A program made the position numbers and the translations under genes. The notes under the pieces are model-generated. The model was not told the DNA's origin, ran no database searches, and saw nothing but the letters and a program-made list of their open reading frames with translations. From contig JANHCV010000002.1 of the NCBI GenBank assembly GCA_025594325.1, positions 2,170,001-2,234,000 on the forward strand: DNA of 64,000 nucleotides. Reading direction: 5' to 3'. Within the stretch, counting starts at the first letter, position 1. Each line of letters opens with the position of its first letter. Below, in pieces: positions 34,865-48,075 of this stretch. The stretch comes from Blastocladiella emersonii ATCC 22665 (lineage: Eukaryota > Fungi > Blastocladiomycota).

Positions 34865-37800
34865 GATCGCGCGAAAGTAGCGCGAAGAATCGACGCACTC
34901 GGAGCAGAAGCGCAGGTTTGGAGACTCAGCAGGAAGGGCCCGGGGGGCTTTGAACGCGTCCGGACTGCTGGAGATTCAGCACAGCGAGTCGACAAATGAA
35001 GCATCTGTACGGACAAGCCGGGAGACCCGCTTGACGCGAGTCGCGCAGGAATGGTACCGCTACTGCGTGCCCGGGGTCACGCATTCTCCAGATAGCGTAC
35101 TGGCAGGGATGATTGCAACGACAACGAGGCGATGTCGCCGCGTGTGACGCATAAACAAGAGGCACCCCGTGCGAGACGACTGCCCGGTGCGCGAGGAAAC
35201 GCCGGCTGTGGGACCTCGAGGCGATAGCCACGGAAGCTGGTTGTCCGTGCACAGAATGCACCAAGTTTCATCTGCTTATCATCATCGGCGGAGCGCCGGT
35301 CGAGGTGGGCGCGGAGGACACAGCATCGGCGGCCAAAACGGGGGCGCGACTCCGTCCAGCGACATCACCTGATGCGGGCCACGGATTTGGCGCGTGCTGC
35401 GATTCGCGCGGGCTCGCGCTCCCCTCCTGTACACGCAAACAGATGGAGTAGCCCCTGCGCCGCAGCGACTTGGCGCATTTTCAATCCCGCTGGATTCTTT
35501 GCCTTCGCAGCGCGTGCGCTGGGCTCGGGCGCGTGAAGTCGCGAGGGCTTCGTGCCCGCCCTGGTCATCCCGCAGAACTGCGCTTCCGCGCAGTCTCTAT
35601 CTTGGATGTAAACGACCATTCCATGTGCTCTGGGCTAGGGCCGCCCCGAACGTGTCTCCAACGCGGCCGTTGGCGGGATTCTTCGTGCTGCGCTGTCGAT
35701 TCCTCGTTCCGTTGAGCGCTTGACGCGGCCGAGCGCACCGGGCGTCGCCTTCGTGATGACAAAAACCACGCTACTTGCTTCTAACACTCGAAGTCTATCC
35801 AGCTCAACGTTAAAGAGGACTTGTGCTCTTCGATTGATCCAAGAGTGATGCGACTCTGACAGCGGCGTGTCGCTGTACGACGTCTAGTTCCCGGTCTGCT
35901 TCTGGCGACCCAGACGGTGCTTCTGAGACCTGCATCGCGTCGGCCGAGACTGACTGCCGCGAGCATGGAAAGCGACCAAAGAGCCGCTCTTTGAGGCTCA
36001 ACCTCGTTGCGAGCGCGTTACTTTTAAGCGGGAACCGTGCGTCCGCGACCATTAGTACGGCGGCTCTCCGTTTTGCTGACTTCCCCGCCTTCGCTTGGCT
36101 GCTTGATTGCCCACTCAGTTCGTGGGGGTCGACCGCACGCCCGAAGCGCCCGCTCGCTTTGATGATTCCTCAACGCGATCCTCTTTCTCAGCGCGCGCTC
36201 GCCGTGGTACCACGATGTCAGAACCGTGTCCACCGGCTTGAGGGACGGGACATTTCCTACCGGCTGTCATTGCGAGCCAGAGCACGTATTTACTGGCGGT
36301 TTGGGAGGGACTTTCACACCAAAAGCGCACCCAGCAGGATGGCCGGCGGAATCCGCCTTCCGGAGGGGTCACCGGACCGCCGCCGGGATCCGCTGAAACT
36401 CAGGCGGATCCGGGCTGAGCGCGCCTCAGCGGAATCCGCCGCCCGTCCGCTGGAAGGCGGAAACTGCCCTGCATCCGGCTTCTCACGTCAACGGACTCCG
36501 CCATAAATCCTCTGACTTAAACAGCGTGATAAAAGCGGGTTCGCTCCCTTCAGTCAGCGCGCTCCCTCAATATTAGGCGGATGAGATAGACATGAAGAGC
36601 CGCTGTGGGCGAGTTTATTAATGATATACGAGTCCGCCAGTTGCTACTGGCACAGGAGACCGACGGGATCGCGACGAGCGGCAGGCCGCGTCCAGTCGAC
36701 AGGTGGAGCAGTAAGTGAACGGGCCGTTAGAACGAGGCCTTGGCGACGAGTTGGGCGGGAGCATGCGCGGAGCGACCTGGAGCTTGTTGCGGCGGATACG
36801 ACACCTTGGTCGGGCGGGATGACGGCCTTGGTCGAGATCGAGCGAGGAGGAAACCGAGTGAGTCGCGCGGAGAGGTGGCCCAGGGACTTGTGCTGAGCGG
36901 CAAGACCGACGGAGCACACACGTACGCGGACATGATCACCGTTAGGTCGGAGCGCGGGTTCGTCGAACTTGGCGCTAGCTGTGCGAGAGAAAGCGAAGGA
37001 GTGAGGGCGTACGGCTAACGACGATGAGATGGGGCGAGGAGGCGTGAAGAGTTGGCAAGAGTCGAACAGTGAGCGGGGCGGCGAGCTGATTGAGGTCGGC
37101 GAACCGTGCTGTCGCAATGCTGTCGAGTCAGTCGGCGCGGAGCGAGGACGGTCGCGATCGAGTTGGAGCGGCACACATACCTGGCGGGATGTGGCCGTGT
37201 GGGTCTTGTGTACTGCGCGAGGGGATGTGGGCGAGCGTCACTACACGGCGGCGGTTCGAGTGAGCACGAGCAACGTGCACCGTGGGAGGATCCGAGCGCG
37301 CCATGGTCACACTGGCCGCCGTCAACGTGCGTCGACGCATGGCGCGGGCGAACAAGGTGACGGACGGCGAGATGGTCCTCGCGCGGCCGGCCAGCGAGCG
37401 CTGCGGTATCGAAGGACGTGGCGGGTTACGTGGTGCTGTCGTCGAGCAGAGGGTCGGGGGCGTGCTGGCGGCACCGCGGGTTGTGAGGGTGAGGGACAGC
37501 AGCAGAGCGCGGCGCGGAGGGAGCGAGAAGGCGGGCGGCGGTGCGCCGGCCTTTAGGGGCCGGGTCGCCCCAACCTTCGATCGCCATCGCTCACATGGCT
37601 GCACGCGGACTGCACGTCGCTTGCATCGCGCGAGGCAGAGGCCCTTGCGCGCCGAGCCGTCGCGAGCACAAGTCCCGGCGTCAACGTGCGGAGGAGGACG
37701 AGCGCGTGCGTCACGACAGGCGGCGACGGGCACGAGGGCCGAGGTGGGCGTGCGCGGGCGTGGGCGGACTGGGCGGCTGCGTGAAGCGCGTCGCGGCGTT

Positions 37801-38556
37801 GGACGAGCTCAAGGAGAGGTGGTTGGCTGCTGCCGTGACGCGCACAAGGGGATGTGATACGCGCGAGGGGACCGCTCCTAGCGCGGGGAACGAGGGGGGA
37901 GTGGGCAAGCACGGCCCTGCGTCGGGTGGGAGCGGGCAGCGACCCCGCGACGGCGGCAGGCTCACAAGGACTTTAAATCCACGTTGCGATAAGTTCAGAC
38001 AAGAGCTGTGTATTCATGGGGAGTCGCGAGGTGGCGGCAGGGGGTGCGCATGAGCGAAGGGAGGTGAGTTGGGCCAGCCGTGGCGGAGGGGAGGCGGATT
38101 CCTGCGAGCGGGGGATGGCGGGCGGCAGGAGGATCCGGCTGGGGTGGGCGGACAGCGGGATCCGGCTTGCCTCGCTGAGGGGTGGCGGGGTTCAGCGGAA
38201 TCCGGCCGTGGTCCGGCGGCGGTGGCTGGGTGCGTTTTTGGTGTGTTTGGGAGGGACCGCGTGAAAAAAATGCCGCACCGGCGGCGCGTGCGTGGTGGCG
38301 CAGCACGTCGCAGGCAGCGGACAAAACGAAAATCGCGCACTCTCGGCGCCACATCGCCGGCCTCCCCGATGCAGCGTTTGTCACATCGATCCGCACGACC
38401 ACTGAGCTACGGAGGGCCGGAGGGACAGGCCCTCGAATCCGAGGTGCACAGGCCTTGGTTGCGAGTCGTCCGTCAGAGCGCGGTCGGGAGACAAATTGGA
38501 GACAAAATTGCCGTGTATAGCTATCGGCCACGCTCACTGTGGGTATCACATGGCTC

Positions 38557-41380
38557 TTACTCGGACGAGGGCGCCGTCGTCGCCGCCTGCTCGTCCTCCG
38601 CGCCGCCGCCGACTGGATCGCCGCCAGCGCCGCCGTCGTGACATGGCGTCACGGGCCTCGTCGCTGCTACTGGACCTGCACGCCGAACGCTGCCGCTGCC
38701 GCTGCCGCTCCCGTGCTCGTACCCGTGGCCGCCGAAGCCGCGAACCGCGCCGTACCGCATCTCGTCCTCGCCCGCGGTGGCGGCGCGTGGCGGCCACGGC
38801 CGGTCGCGGTCACGATCCCGAGTGAACTCGCCCTCGCGGCCGTGGTAGACGTACTGCTGGTACTGCTGCTGCGAGTAGTAGTGGGGTCGCGGTGGCGGTA
38901 CGCTGGCGCCGTCGAGGCCCGCGAAATCGTGCGCGGACGCGGACGCGGGCGCGGGCGCGGACGCGGACGCGGACGGGTACCCTTGCGGCGGTGCGTGCGA
39001 CTGCGAGCGCGACCGGTCACCGCCGCCGCCGCCGCTCGCGCGGTAGTACCCCGCGGCCGGCTGCTGCTGATGCGGTTGCGGTGGCGCGTAGTAGTCGCGA
39101 TGCGGGTGCGAGTGCGGGTGGGGCGGGTACTCTCGATGCGGCAGCGGGGGAGGGACCGAGTAGCTGCTGCTTTCCCCGCTGCGGCGTACCGCGTCGGACT
39201 CGCCGCCGTGCCACGCGGTCGGCGCAGCGGGCGCCGGCGGGTACGTCGCGTAGCGGTGCGGGCGCTGCGTTGGTGGTGCGGACGGGTAACAGTGCTCGGC
39301 CGCCGCGGGACGTGGAATCGACAAGTGCGGCGGTAGCGGGTGCGGCAACGGGTGCGGATGCGGGTGCGTGCTGCTGAGCGCCCACAACGAGTCGCGCCAA
39401 TCGTCGTTGGCGGCGGGCGGCGAGAAGAGGCGGTCGGACGACGCGACGTCGTCGTGGTGGCGGTACGGCTTTCGAGCGGCGGAGCCCGCGGGATCGAAGG
39501 TCGATGGATGGAGGTCGAACCGGGTACCGTTGCTGGGCTGGCCGTGGATCCAGTCGGGGAGCGCGGGCGGCGGCGGCGGGGGTGGCGGGTACGCCGAGGA
39601 CGGGTGCCGCGCGTGGTCGGGGACCGCGTGGCGGCGTGCCGATGCCGGCGGCGGCGTTGCGTACGGGTACGGCGAGTGCCGCGCGTCAAACTGCGCCGCG
39701 GACCGGTCGAGCACGCTGCGGCGCGCGGGATGCGGCGGGTACGGATCGGCGCCGAATCCGCTCACGCCGTAGCCGCCGTCGGCGGCCGCGCGGTGGTGGT
39801 GCAGGAGGGGCGGCGGTGGCGGCGGGTCGGCGGCGGTCGCTGGGTCCGAATGCGGGGGAACCGCGGCGGCAAAGTCGGGCGGCGCACCCGCGTGCGGAAT
39901 CCGGGCCGACGCCTGGCGCGGGAGCCACCGGACGGGATCGGACGCGTAGTCGTCGCCGTGGGCCGCGTACGGGATCTAGCGGGAAGCAGAGCGGAGTCAG
40001 GCAAATCCGATGAACATGGCAGGGCAGAAACACGAACGTACGCTGTCCGACGCGCGAGACCGCCGTGATGCCGAAACCGCGTTGGTCGGGGTACCCGAAG
40101 CTCGGTGCGCGTCTGCGGGCGGCGCTCGAGTCCCGCCGCTGCCGCTTGAGCTGGCCGCGTTCGCGTTGGCGCCCGCAGCCTCGTCAGGATTCGGCGGCCC
40201 GCCAGCAGCGGCCGCGGCCGCGTTCGCGCCCTGGATCTGGCGCTGGTGGTTCTGCTGCGCCGTGGCGAGCCCTGCGGCGGTGGCCTGGTTGATGTGCGTG
40301 AGGAACACGCCGACGGGGACCTCAAGGTTGGCGAGGCGCGGGTCGGCGACGGGCGCGGTGAGCGTCGGGTCGCCGAGACTGTCGTCGGCGGCGGCCGAGT
40401 AGGAGATGAGGCGCAGCTTCTGGCCCTGGATGGTCGTGATGCTGAGCACCTTCTTGCGCATCAGCTGCGACGCGTCGGACGCGACGCGGCGCGGGTTGAA
40501 GCCGCCGGCGCCGCTGTCGTTGGCGAGCTACGGGCGGGACACGCGTGAGCGGGTGTGGGTGGCGCAGGCGGCAGCGGGAGCAAGTGTACCTCGACGTAGA
40601 GCAGGAAGCAGCCTAGACACAGGATCGATTCAAGACACGCGCGCGGGAATGTTAGTCGGCCGTGTCAATCGAGCGAATCAATCGAGCGATCGCCCGATTC
40701 CAACGAGCACGAGGCGGGGAGGGAAGGAGCAATGGCCAGCGAGCGAGTCCGGTAGGGGATCCGATCGGGATCAGCGGATTCGTGTGCGCGGCGCGCGTAC
40801 GACGCGTTGGATCGGCGACTCGCGACGCGTCGCGCCGCGTGTTTCGCGACGCATGCGGTCAGGGGATCCAGGCGTGACCGGGACCGCCGCGAGACATGTC
40901 GGCACGGGATCCGGGCGCCGTTTGCACGTCACGGCGCGGCGCATCGGGCAAATTGGAAGAGCGCGAGAAGGCGAGCAGAAGGAACAAGAAGGAAGGTCGA
41001 AAGTAAGAAAGAAGAAGCACGCACCGCGCATCCGGGAGCTTGACCAGAGTCGGCCGTCCGACCACCGCCGGATCCCGCTCACCTCCTCGTCGAACACGAA
41101 CACGTCGCCACACCGGATCTGGGCCCGCTCTACATGGCTGGATCAGCGTGAGCGGCGAGCTGGATCAGCAGTGAGTGCGGGAAAGTGAGCGTACCGGCGT
41201 CGGACAGGCGGCGGGTGACCATGGTCAGGAGGCCGCGGCGGCAGCCCTCGAGGACGAGCAGCGCGTCCTGGAACGTGGTCTGGCGCGGGAGGGTGGAGCG
41301 GTGTGTGCGAGTGAGTGGTGGGTGCGTGGAGCGATGCATAGGGCGCGAACGCGTACCACGCGGCCGTGGAAGGCGATCAT
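38557..41380 (-). CDS. Gti1/Pac2 (WOPR-domain) transcription factor with long Pro/His/Ala-rich tail
   Basis: Spliced MIAFHGRV-TTFQDALLVLEGCRRGLLTMVTRRLSDA-ERAQIRCGDVFVFDEEVSGIRRWSDGRLWSSSRMR-GCFLLYVE-..RKKVLSITTIQGQKLRLISY contains both WOPR boxes. An upstream in-frame ATG at 41428 is possible. Confidence 0.9.
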
Positions 41381-42846
41381 GGCCGGCGTCGGTGTTGGTG
41401 ATCGGGGTGTCGGTTGCGAGGTGTGCATGCAGGCGTGCGTTGCTGGCAGGATCGAGCACCCGAGGGGAGAGAGAGTGAGCGAGAGTCGCCGTGGCCGCGG
41501 TGGTCGGGGCGAGGGATGGAGGGTGGAGGGAGACTTGGCTCCAGACTACGGGGGCGGTCGGCAGGGCCGTCGACGCGAGTACGGGTTCGAGCGCGGGCGC
41601 GTGAGAGAGAGGACGCAAGAGCGAGAGCGTGGCCGCAGAGAGGATGGGAGGGAACGGAGAACAAGAACGGGGGGCAGGCAGTGGGCGGGCGGGCGGGCGA
41701 CAGGAACGGCCGCGGCTACGCGGACGTGGGGGACACGCGTGCGTGTGATGGACTCGCATACAGAACCGTAGTGTACACGCGTGGGGTCTGGGCGCGGCCG
41801 GCCCGGCATCTGGATCTGCTCGGGAGACGCTCGGGGGCCGCTCGAAGCGGTCACAGCGACGCAGAGGAAGGCGGGACAACGGAGGGCGGACGGATGGGCA
41901 GGCGGGGAGGCAGCGTCCAGGGCGCGCGGGCGAGCGAGCAGGCCGGCAGCCGCGGCGAGTGGACACCGCGACGAAGGCACGGAAGCACGAGTGCCGGAGG
42001 AAGCTCGGAGGAAGCTCGGAGGCACGAGTGCAGCGAGGAAGCCGACGGATCACGGCCCGGTCGGCGTGCCAGGGCGTGCGTGGCCCAGCTGTCGCTGAGC
42101 GCCTGCCGCTCCCTTGCCCTCGCTCTCTCGCTGCCCGAGCAAGCTGAAGGAGTCGCCTTTGAGTCCCGACGTCCATCAGCGATGCGCAGGGACTGCGAAA
42201 CGGGACGCGCGGGGCGTCGTTTCCGGCGACGCGAACCGGCCCGCCATCGAGGGCGAACATTCGAGGGCGAACATTCGAGGGCGCCGCGCAGGGCGCCGCG
42301 GCCCGGATCCCCGAGACCACCCTCACCCACACCACACACCCACCCGCACCCAATGCAACCTGATGCAATTGCACCCTCTTGCTTCTGTGTCCCACCCGCC
42401 GTCTCGGACGGGTCCTTACGCCGCGCGGCCTCGCGAACCGAACCTGATCGCGGCCCCCGCGAGCCACGTGCCTTTCTCCGCCTGCTCGTTGGGCCTGCCT
42501 GGCAGCACGCGCGCAGCGATCGCCGCCGATGCCCATGAATGTCCACGCGAGCGGGCAGCTGCAACGGGGAGCGAGCGCAAACGGATACCTGTCGCTTTGC
42601 TCCGCGCGCCACTCGGACCGCCTCCCTGCCGCCTCGGATCGGTATGGAGGGCATCTGCTGCGAGTCGGCTGCTCCGTGCGTCCACCGTTCGCACGCTGCG
42701 CGCCCGACACTGTGGCGCAGTTCGTCCAACTGCTCGCCGGCCGAATCGAACTCTCCGCTCGTGCCGGTCGCAGCATGCGCCTCTCACTTGTCGCACTGGC
42801 GTACTGCTTCTACGCTCATCGCTGCGCCAGGCTCGGTCGGCGTCGC

Positions 42847-42882
42847 GAGCGTGAGCGTGAGCGTGAGCGTGAGCGTGAGCGC
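42847..42882. repeat. (GAGCGT)5-6 hexanucleotide microsatellite
   Basis: Five perfect GAGCGT units plus GAGCGC. Confidence 0.9.
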
Positions 42883-44191
42883 GAGTATCGTCGCACTGCT
42901 CAACTTCACGATCTCGCGCCCGACTGTGCTCGTTGAACGCGCTCCTCGTGACTGCGCCACTTTGCTGCGCGTGCATCTGTCGGGCCACCCGACCAGTCGA
43001 GCGAGCGAGTCCGCCCCCGTCCCGAACCCGGCCAGTGCGACCTGCGGACCGCTTCGTTCTCAACCGTTGGTGATAACGACGATCGAGTCGGTCCTCTTGC
43101 TTGCCTGTCTCGGCTACCCTCGCTTCGGCTCCGCTGCGGCTGTCCGCAGCTCTGCCCGGCTTCCACGCGCTGATTTCATGCTGCGTGCAACAACCGTCCG
43201 ATGATCTCATCCTCGATTCGCCATTGCCGGCAATTGTACATGCAACGAGCGACCACCAGGCGCGCGAGCTTCTTCGCACGAGTCGGCCTTGTACACGCGT
43301 GCAAAGCGAGCAATGCCGCCGCGGTCCGCGCGTTGGGGTCGGGTCCGACTTGAAGCAACTGCGCTGCCCGCTTCGCTGCTCTCATCGCGCCACCCCGTTA
43401 TTCATGGTCCCTGTGCGAACGCTCGAGTCGTTCCCCGCCGAAGACACTCGCTGCCGACTCTTGCATGAGGCAACAGTGCTTCTCGTGGTGCGCGGAGTGC
43501 TCGCGGGCGCGGCCTCCTTTGCTGCTGCGCGGTTACTTGTCACTTCGCTCGCACCCACACCCGCTCTCGCGCGTGCGCCATGAACGCGTCAAACGAGGAC
43601 GCCGCCCGTCGTGGGTACCGCCTCGCGTCGCTCGCAACGTCACGGCGCCGCGCACGGGCGTGACCGTCTCGCCCGCGCTCGCGTCCTCGCCGTTTTGAGC
43701 GAGCTCTGATCGCAGCTTCCTGCGCCCGCGCGAGCGCGTGGTCGTTGCGGATGCCGCAAGCGAGCGCAGTGCCGGTTTGGGTGGCGGTCACGGCTGCGCG
43801 TCTGCTTCACTCGCGCGCCCTTACGAGGCCTGCTCGCCGCCGTGACGCTCAACGCATTCGTCCCGTAGCAGGACATGCGGCTCCGGGAGCGCGCTTTCCT
43901 TCGCACTCGGCGCGTGTCGTGGGTTAGCTTCCGATAAGAGACTACTTCGTTGCTCAGCGGTGGGCGGATCACTTGGATCCCGCGTCTCGGGCGTCCGCCC
44001 CAGAAGCGAGGTACACGACCTGGACTCGACTGTTGCGAGACACGCGCGCGCTGTCCGACATAAATGAGTCCACACTCTGCTACGCCACGCCAATGTGTGG
44101 ACGGACGCGGCCGACTTCGTGAGCGAGCCAAGTCGAATCCCCTCCGTGAACCGCAATGTATTCGCTCCCTCCGATCCGTCGCCACACCGCA

Positions 44192-44329
44192 CTATTCCCA
44201 CTCGATCTCGGCCTTGAACTCGTCGAGGATCTTGTAGCACTTGGATAGGAGCGAGTACAGGACGCGCTGTACGGCGGGGATCTCGCCAACGACGAAGACC
44301 TTGCTGTTGACGTGCAGGTCGTCGAAGCT
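44192..44329 (-). other. Orphan terminal-exon-like segment of unknown gene
   Basis: A CTGAC..TTTTAG acceptor is followed by 45 codons with strong GC3 bias (SFDDLHVNSKVFVVGEIPAVQRVLYSLLSKCYKILDEFKAEIEWE*). No secure upstream exon. Confidence 0.4.
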
Positions 44330-44552
44330 CTAAAACTTGAACTGACGTAATTGCTTTGCATTCAGTCAGAGGGTCCGTTGAAGGCCGAGTGTCGGCCGCG
44401 CGTAGAGCAACTCGGTGTGGCGCAACGCGCTTGCTCGCGTTGCACCACACAGCAAAACGACCGTTTGGCTGTGGCGGTGGCTCAGCCACAGCGACACGAT
44501 GTTCGTTTCGTTATCTTTGCGATGCGGTTCGATAGAGCACTATGGACGCATA

Positions 44553-47500
44553 TCAAAGGCGTCTGCGGACTCGTACTTGACGAAATGGCGTGAGCGCTGA
44601 CCAGTGCGGAAACTGTGCTTCAATCACTGTATATCTGTGCGTGCAGACAACAATGGGAATGCGGATCGTCAGCTTGAGCTCGGTGCCGCCGTTCGCGTTG
44701 ATCTGCGTCATACTCTGCTCAACCGTTCCGCCCATGCGCGCGACCATCTGCGCCAGCGCCGCGTACGTCAGCGCCACGTTACCAAACCGTGAGCCGCGCG
44801 AGCCGAGCGACTGATCGAGGTCGCGGTCATGTCCTACACGGGCGGCGGCGAGGGCGGCGAGGGCGGGGACGGCGGGGCCGCCGCCATGGGACGCGGAGCG
44901 AACGTCGATGCAGCCCAGCGCAACGCGGCTGATCGTGAGCGACATGCCGATCTCGAGACGGGCCGTGCTGGCTGGGCCCATGAGATCTCCGTTGGACGTT
45001 GCCGTCACGAGAATGAGCCCGCGCGCGAGCGGTAGCGAGGCGCCGATCCCGACGGCAACCGCTTTCGCGAGGACTGCGCGAAGACCGATGCCCGCGTCCG
45101 ACGTGACAAACAGCGCCGCGGCCATGGACAGCGACGGCGACATGTCACGCAGCTGCACGTCGACAAGGATCGCGAGCTCCTTGGCCGTGAGAATCTGCTG
45201 CCGCTCCTCGAGGGAGCCGTCAATGATGCGGCGCAGAGCGAGATCAAGTGGCGGATGCACGGCACTCGGTGCGGCAACAACAGATGGCGCGTCGGAAGCA
45301 GTCGGAATGGCGATGCCTGCGAGCCCGGCCACGTCGTCAAGCATGGCCTTCTATCTCGCGCCGCCTCGCCCGCGTCCGCCAGCTCGCCGGCGGCGTACCC
45401 TTGCGCAGAAAGAATTGCGTGCAAGTCGGCGAGATCCGTGACCGTTTCCAACGCGAGGTCGCCGACGCTGCTGAGAACAAACTCGAGCAGGCGGTCCCGT
45501 GCTCGCGCTGCGTCCGTGGCACGGCGCTCGAGGGCGGTGGCCACGCGGACGCGTTCAAGCTGATCCGAAATGTCGTGGAACAGCACGATCTGGGCAACCT
45601 CGTCCGTCATCGTGTGCTGCGACGCGGCGCCGCGAGCGGCGGAACCATCCGCCGTGAGCACGGGCGAGACCATCCATGGCCGCGCTGTATCCCGTTGCTG
45701 GTCGTCAAAGACCTCGGTCGCATCGACGATGCTGACTGAAAGTCGCACGGGAAGAGTCGAGCCGTCGCTGCATCGCACCGTACCCTCGTGCGTACCCGGT
45801 TCAAATGGAAGCGGTCGCGGAGGCGACGGCGTGCTGTGCGACGACGGCGAGGAAGAGGATGTCGCGGACGCAGTGTACGAGCGAGTCGGCGATGTCGACG
45901 TCGATGAAGAGAAGGAAGCAGTGGCGGGGGAAGGAGACGCTCGAGCCGGTCGAGATTGCGATTCATCAACGTTGACGGCAAGAAGCGCCGAGACGTGCAT
46001 CTGACCCAACTCGGCCATCGAGTAGCCCGTGATCTGCATCGTCGCGTCATTAACGCCCATGATGCAGCCGCCCGAGTCGAGCAGAACCATGGCGTCGGGA
46101 ATCGCCTGCGAATACTCCTGCAGCGTGCCGAGCAGCCGCTCCTGAGCGCGGAGCTGGTGCAGCGTCTGCTGCAAGGCGATGACGCGCTGCAGTCCGCGTC
46201 GAGCGAGCTCGGACATGAGGAGAAACGACGCGAGCACAACGCCGAAGAGGACCCACGGCCACATGGTGCGGAACCGCGCGCGGTACGACCAGGACGGCGT
46301 GCACTCGGTGGTCCACGGCGCCTCGCTCCCAGCATGGAAAGGAAGCACGTAGCGGTCGCGCGCGACGAGATCAGCGGGATCGGTCGGACCATAAACGAAG
46401 ATTTGCTGATTCGGCGGATAGACGACGCGAAGGGCGGCTTCCGTCCTGGTCGGCACGCCGCGCGTGTGGTCAAGTGTCTCGGTAAAGAGATCGTTGAGCA
46501 ACATCGAAATCGTGGCGAACCACTGCGTGAACGGCGTCAGCGCTGTCGCCGTGGGTCGCCGGCGGGTCGGCAGAAACGCGATCCGACCTGGTCCACGTCG
46601 ACGAGCTGCACGGGCGGCGAGATGGCCCACGCCCTCGTGCGGTTCGACTCGAGGATGGCCTTGCGGCGAGGCGGTGACGACATGAGGTTCATGCCAAGGA
46701 TGTGCAAAGCAAACCGCTGTTCCGGATATCTAGATTGAGAGGGTCGGCGAGGAATGGGTGAGTTTGGGACTCCGGAACTTGACGCGGTCGAGGCATACGA
46801 ACATGATGGGGACAGCAAGCGCGTAAGGGTCGCCGGCGACGATCGAAGAGTCGTTGTTCCAGAATCGCTTGCCGTAAAGCGACTCGAAGAGCGGCACCAG
46901 GCTCGGCGTGATGACGGGCGCGACTGCGATGCTGTACGCGATGCCAGGGCTGAACGAAGACCGTCGAACGAATCGAATGAACGTGTCTACTCAAGTGAGG
47001 CCCATGATTCGGTGAGATGCGAGGCGGTTATGGAAACGCATCGAATAAACGCACCGTTTGTGATCTCGGGACTCGAGTACGCGAAGGCGGCGACGTGCTC
47101 AACAAACTGCCGGAGCCGGACCTGCAGCACCGACTCAAGGGACCTGACGCTGAGCTGGCATTGCGTGTGGAAGTCCCGCTCGAAAGTCCGCTTCTCGACG
47201 CCGCTGAACCACAGCAACAGGCCAGGCGCAGCACCTACAAGCATTCAGCAAGGGTCACCACGCGACAGAGTACAGCGAACCTGCGCGAGCGTACCGACAC
47301 CAATCAAAGCGATTACGCAGAAGACGAAGGACGGCAACCACTTCGACGAACGAACATTGAGCCGACCGAGAAGCTTGGACGCCCAGGAACAGCCATCGCC
47401 ATGCGAATCGGCGCTCGCGGCGCGCATTCGGAACGGCGGCGACCGCTGCCACGACGCGCGCGTGTTCTCGTTCGCGCTGTGGAACATGAAAGGCTCGCTG

Positions 47501-47844
47501 GTGCTCCGTAGCAGCGACGTGTCGGAAGCAATCAACCACGGCTGCGCGCCGCTCTCGCCGCCGCCGTCCATGACTGGCACGCGCAGCTGCGAAGCTCGCG
47601 GCGCGGCGGCACTGGGGGCCGAGTGCGGCACGGATGCGGGTTCGCCACTCTGCTCTCGACCCAGACTGCGTATGAATCGCGAGAGCCGAGGCGCGTGCTG
47701 CGGGAACGGGTTGGCCGACGGCGGGGTCGGCGAAGCGAGGCCGTTGCCCAGCGGCGCGTCGCCCGCAGTCACCGCCGTCGGCGCATCGCCGCCAATCGGG
47801 TCATAGAGGCGCCGCCGCATGCCGCTGCCGTAAGTGTTATCCAT
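44553..47844 (-). pseudogene. Full-length but frameshifted copy (B) of the TM-CHASE-TM-PAS pseudo-histidine-kinase gene
   Basis: Intron positions match copy C (47235-47294 and two more). CHASE-like ITNDTFIRF..VAPVI..FE..PIMF(V)YP..LGMNLMS..RRKAI; TM WPWVLFGVVLASFLLMS; PAS AIPDAMVLLD..IMGVN. Frame breaks at about 46798, 46583 and 45350. Confidence 0.8.
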
Positions 47845-48075
47845 TCGTTTGCGTTGCTTCGTGCTGAATGCAAGGATGTGGCGGGCAAGGCGAAGCCGAG
47901 CGCATCGGCGGCCCACAGGGCGTCCCCACACGTCACATGGCACCAGATTGGGTGGCGCGACGCGTCCGCCGCTAGCGCGCGCGTCGCTCACCCCAGCCAG
48001 CACGCACGCCGGGATCTCATGCCAGCAGTCAATGAGATTTGAATGAGTATATGCATTCGGTCAACTACTACGCCC

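Noticed and set aside
16777-41380. TUP1, WOPR factor and CHASE receptors as a co-regulated morphogenesis cluster
   Set aside because: They are spread over more than 30 kb with unrelated genes between; nothing in the sequence supports linkage beyond chance without synteny data.
41130-42776. 548-aa ORF upstream of and overlapping the WOPR gene
   Set aside because: Only its last few dozen codons correspond to a real WOPR exon; the rest is low-complexity GC-rich leader or promoter sequence without codon bias.
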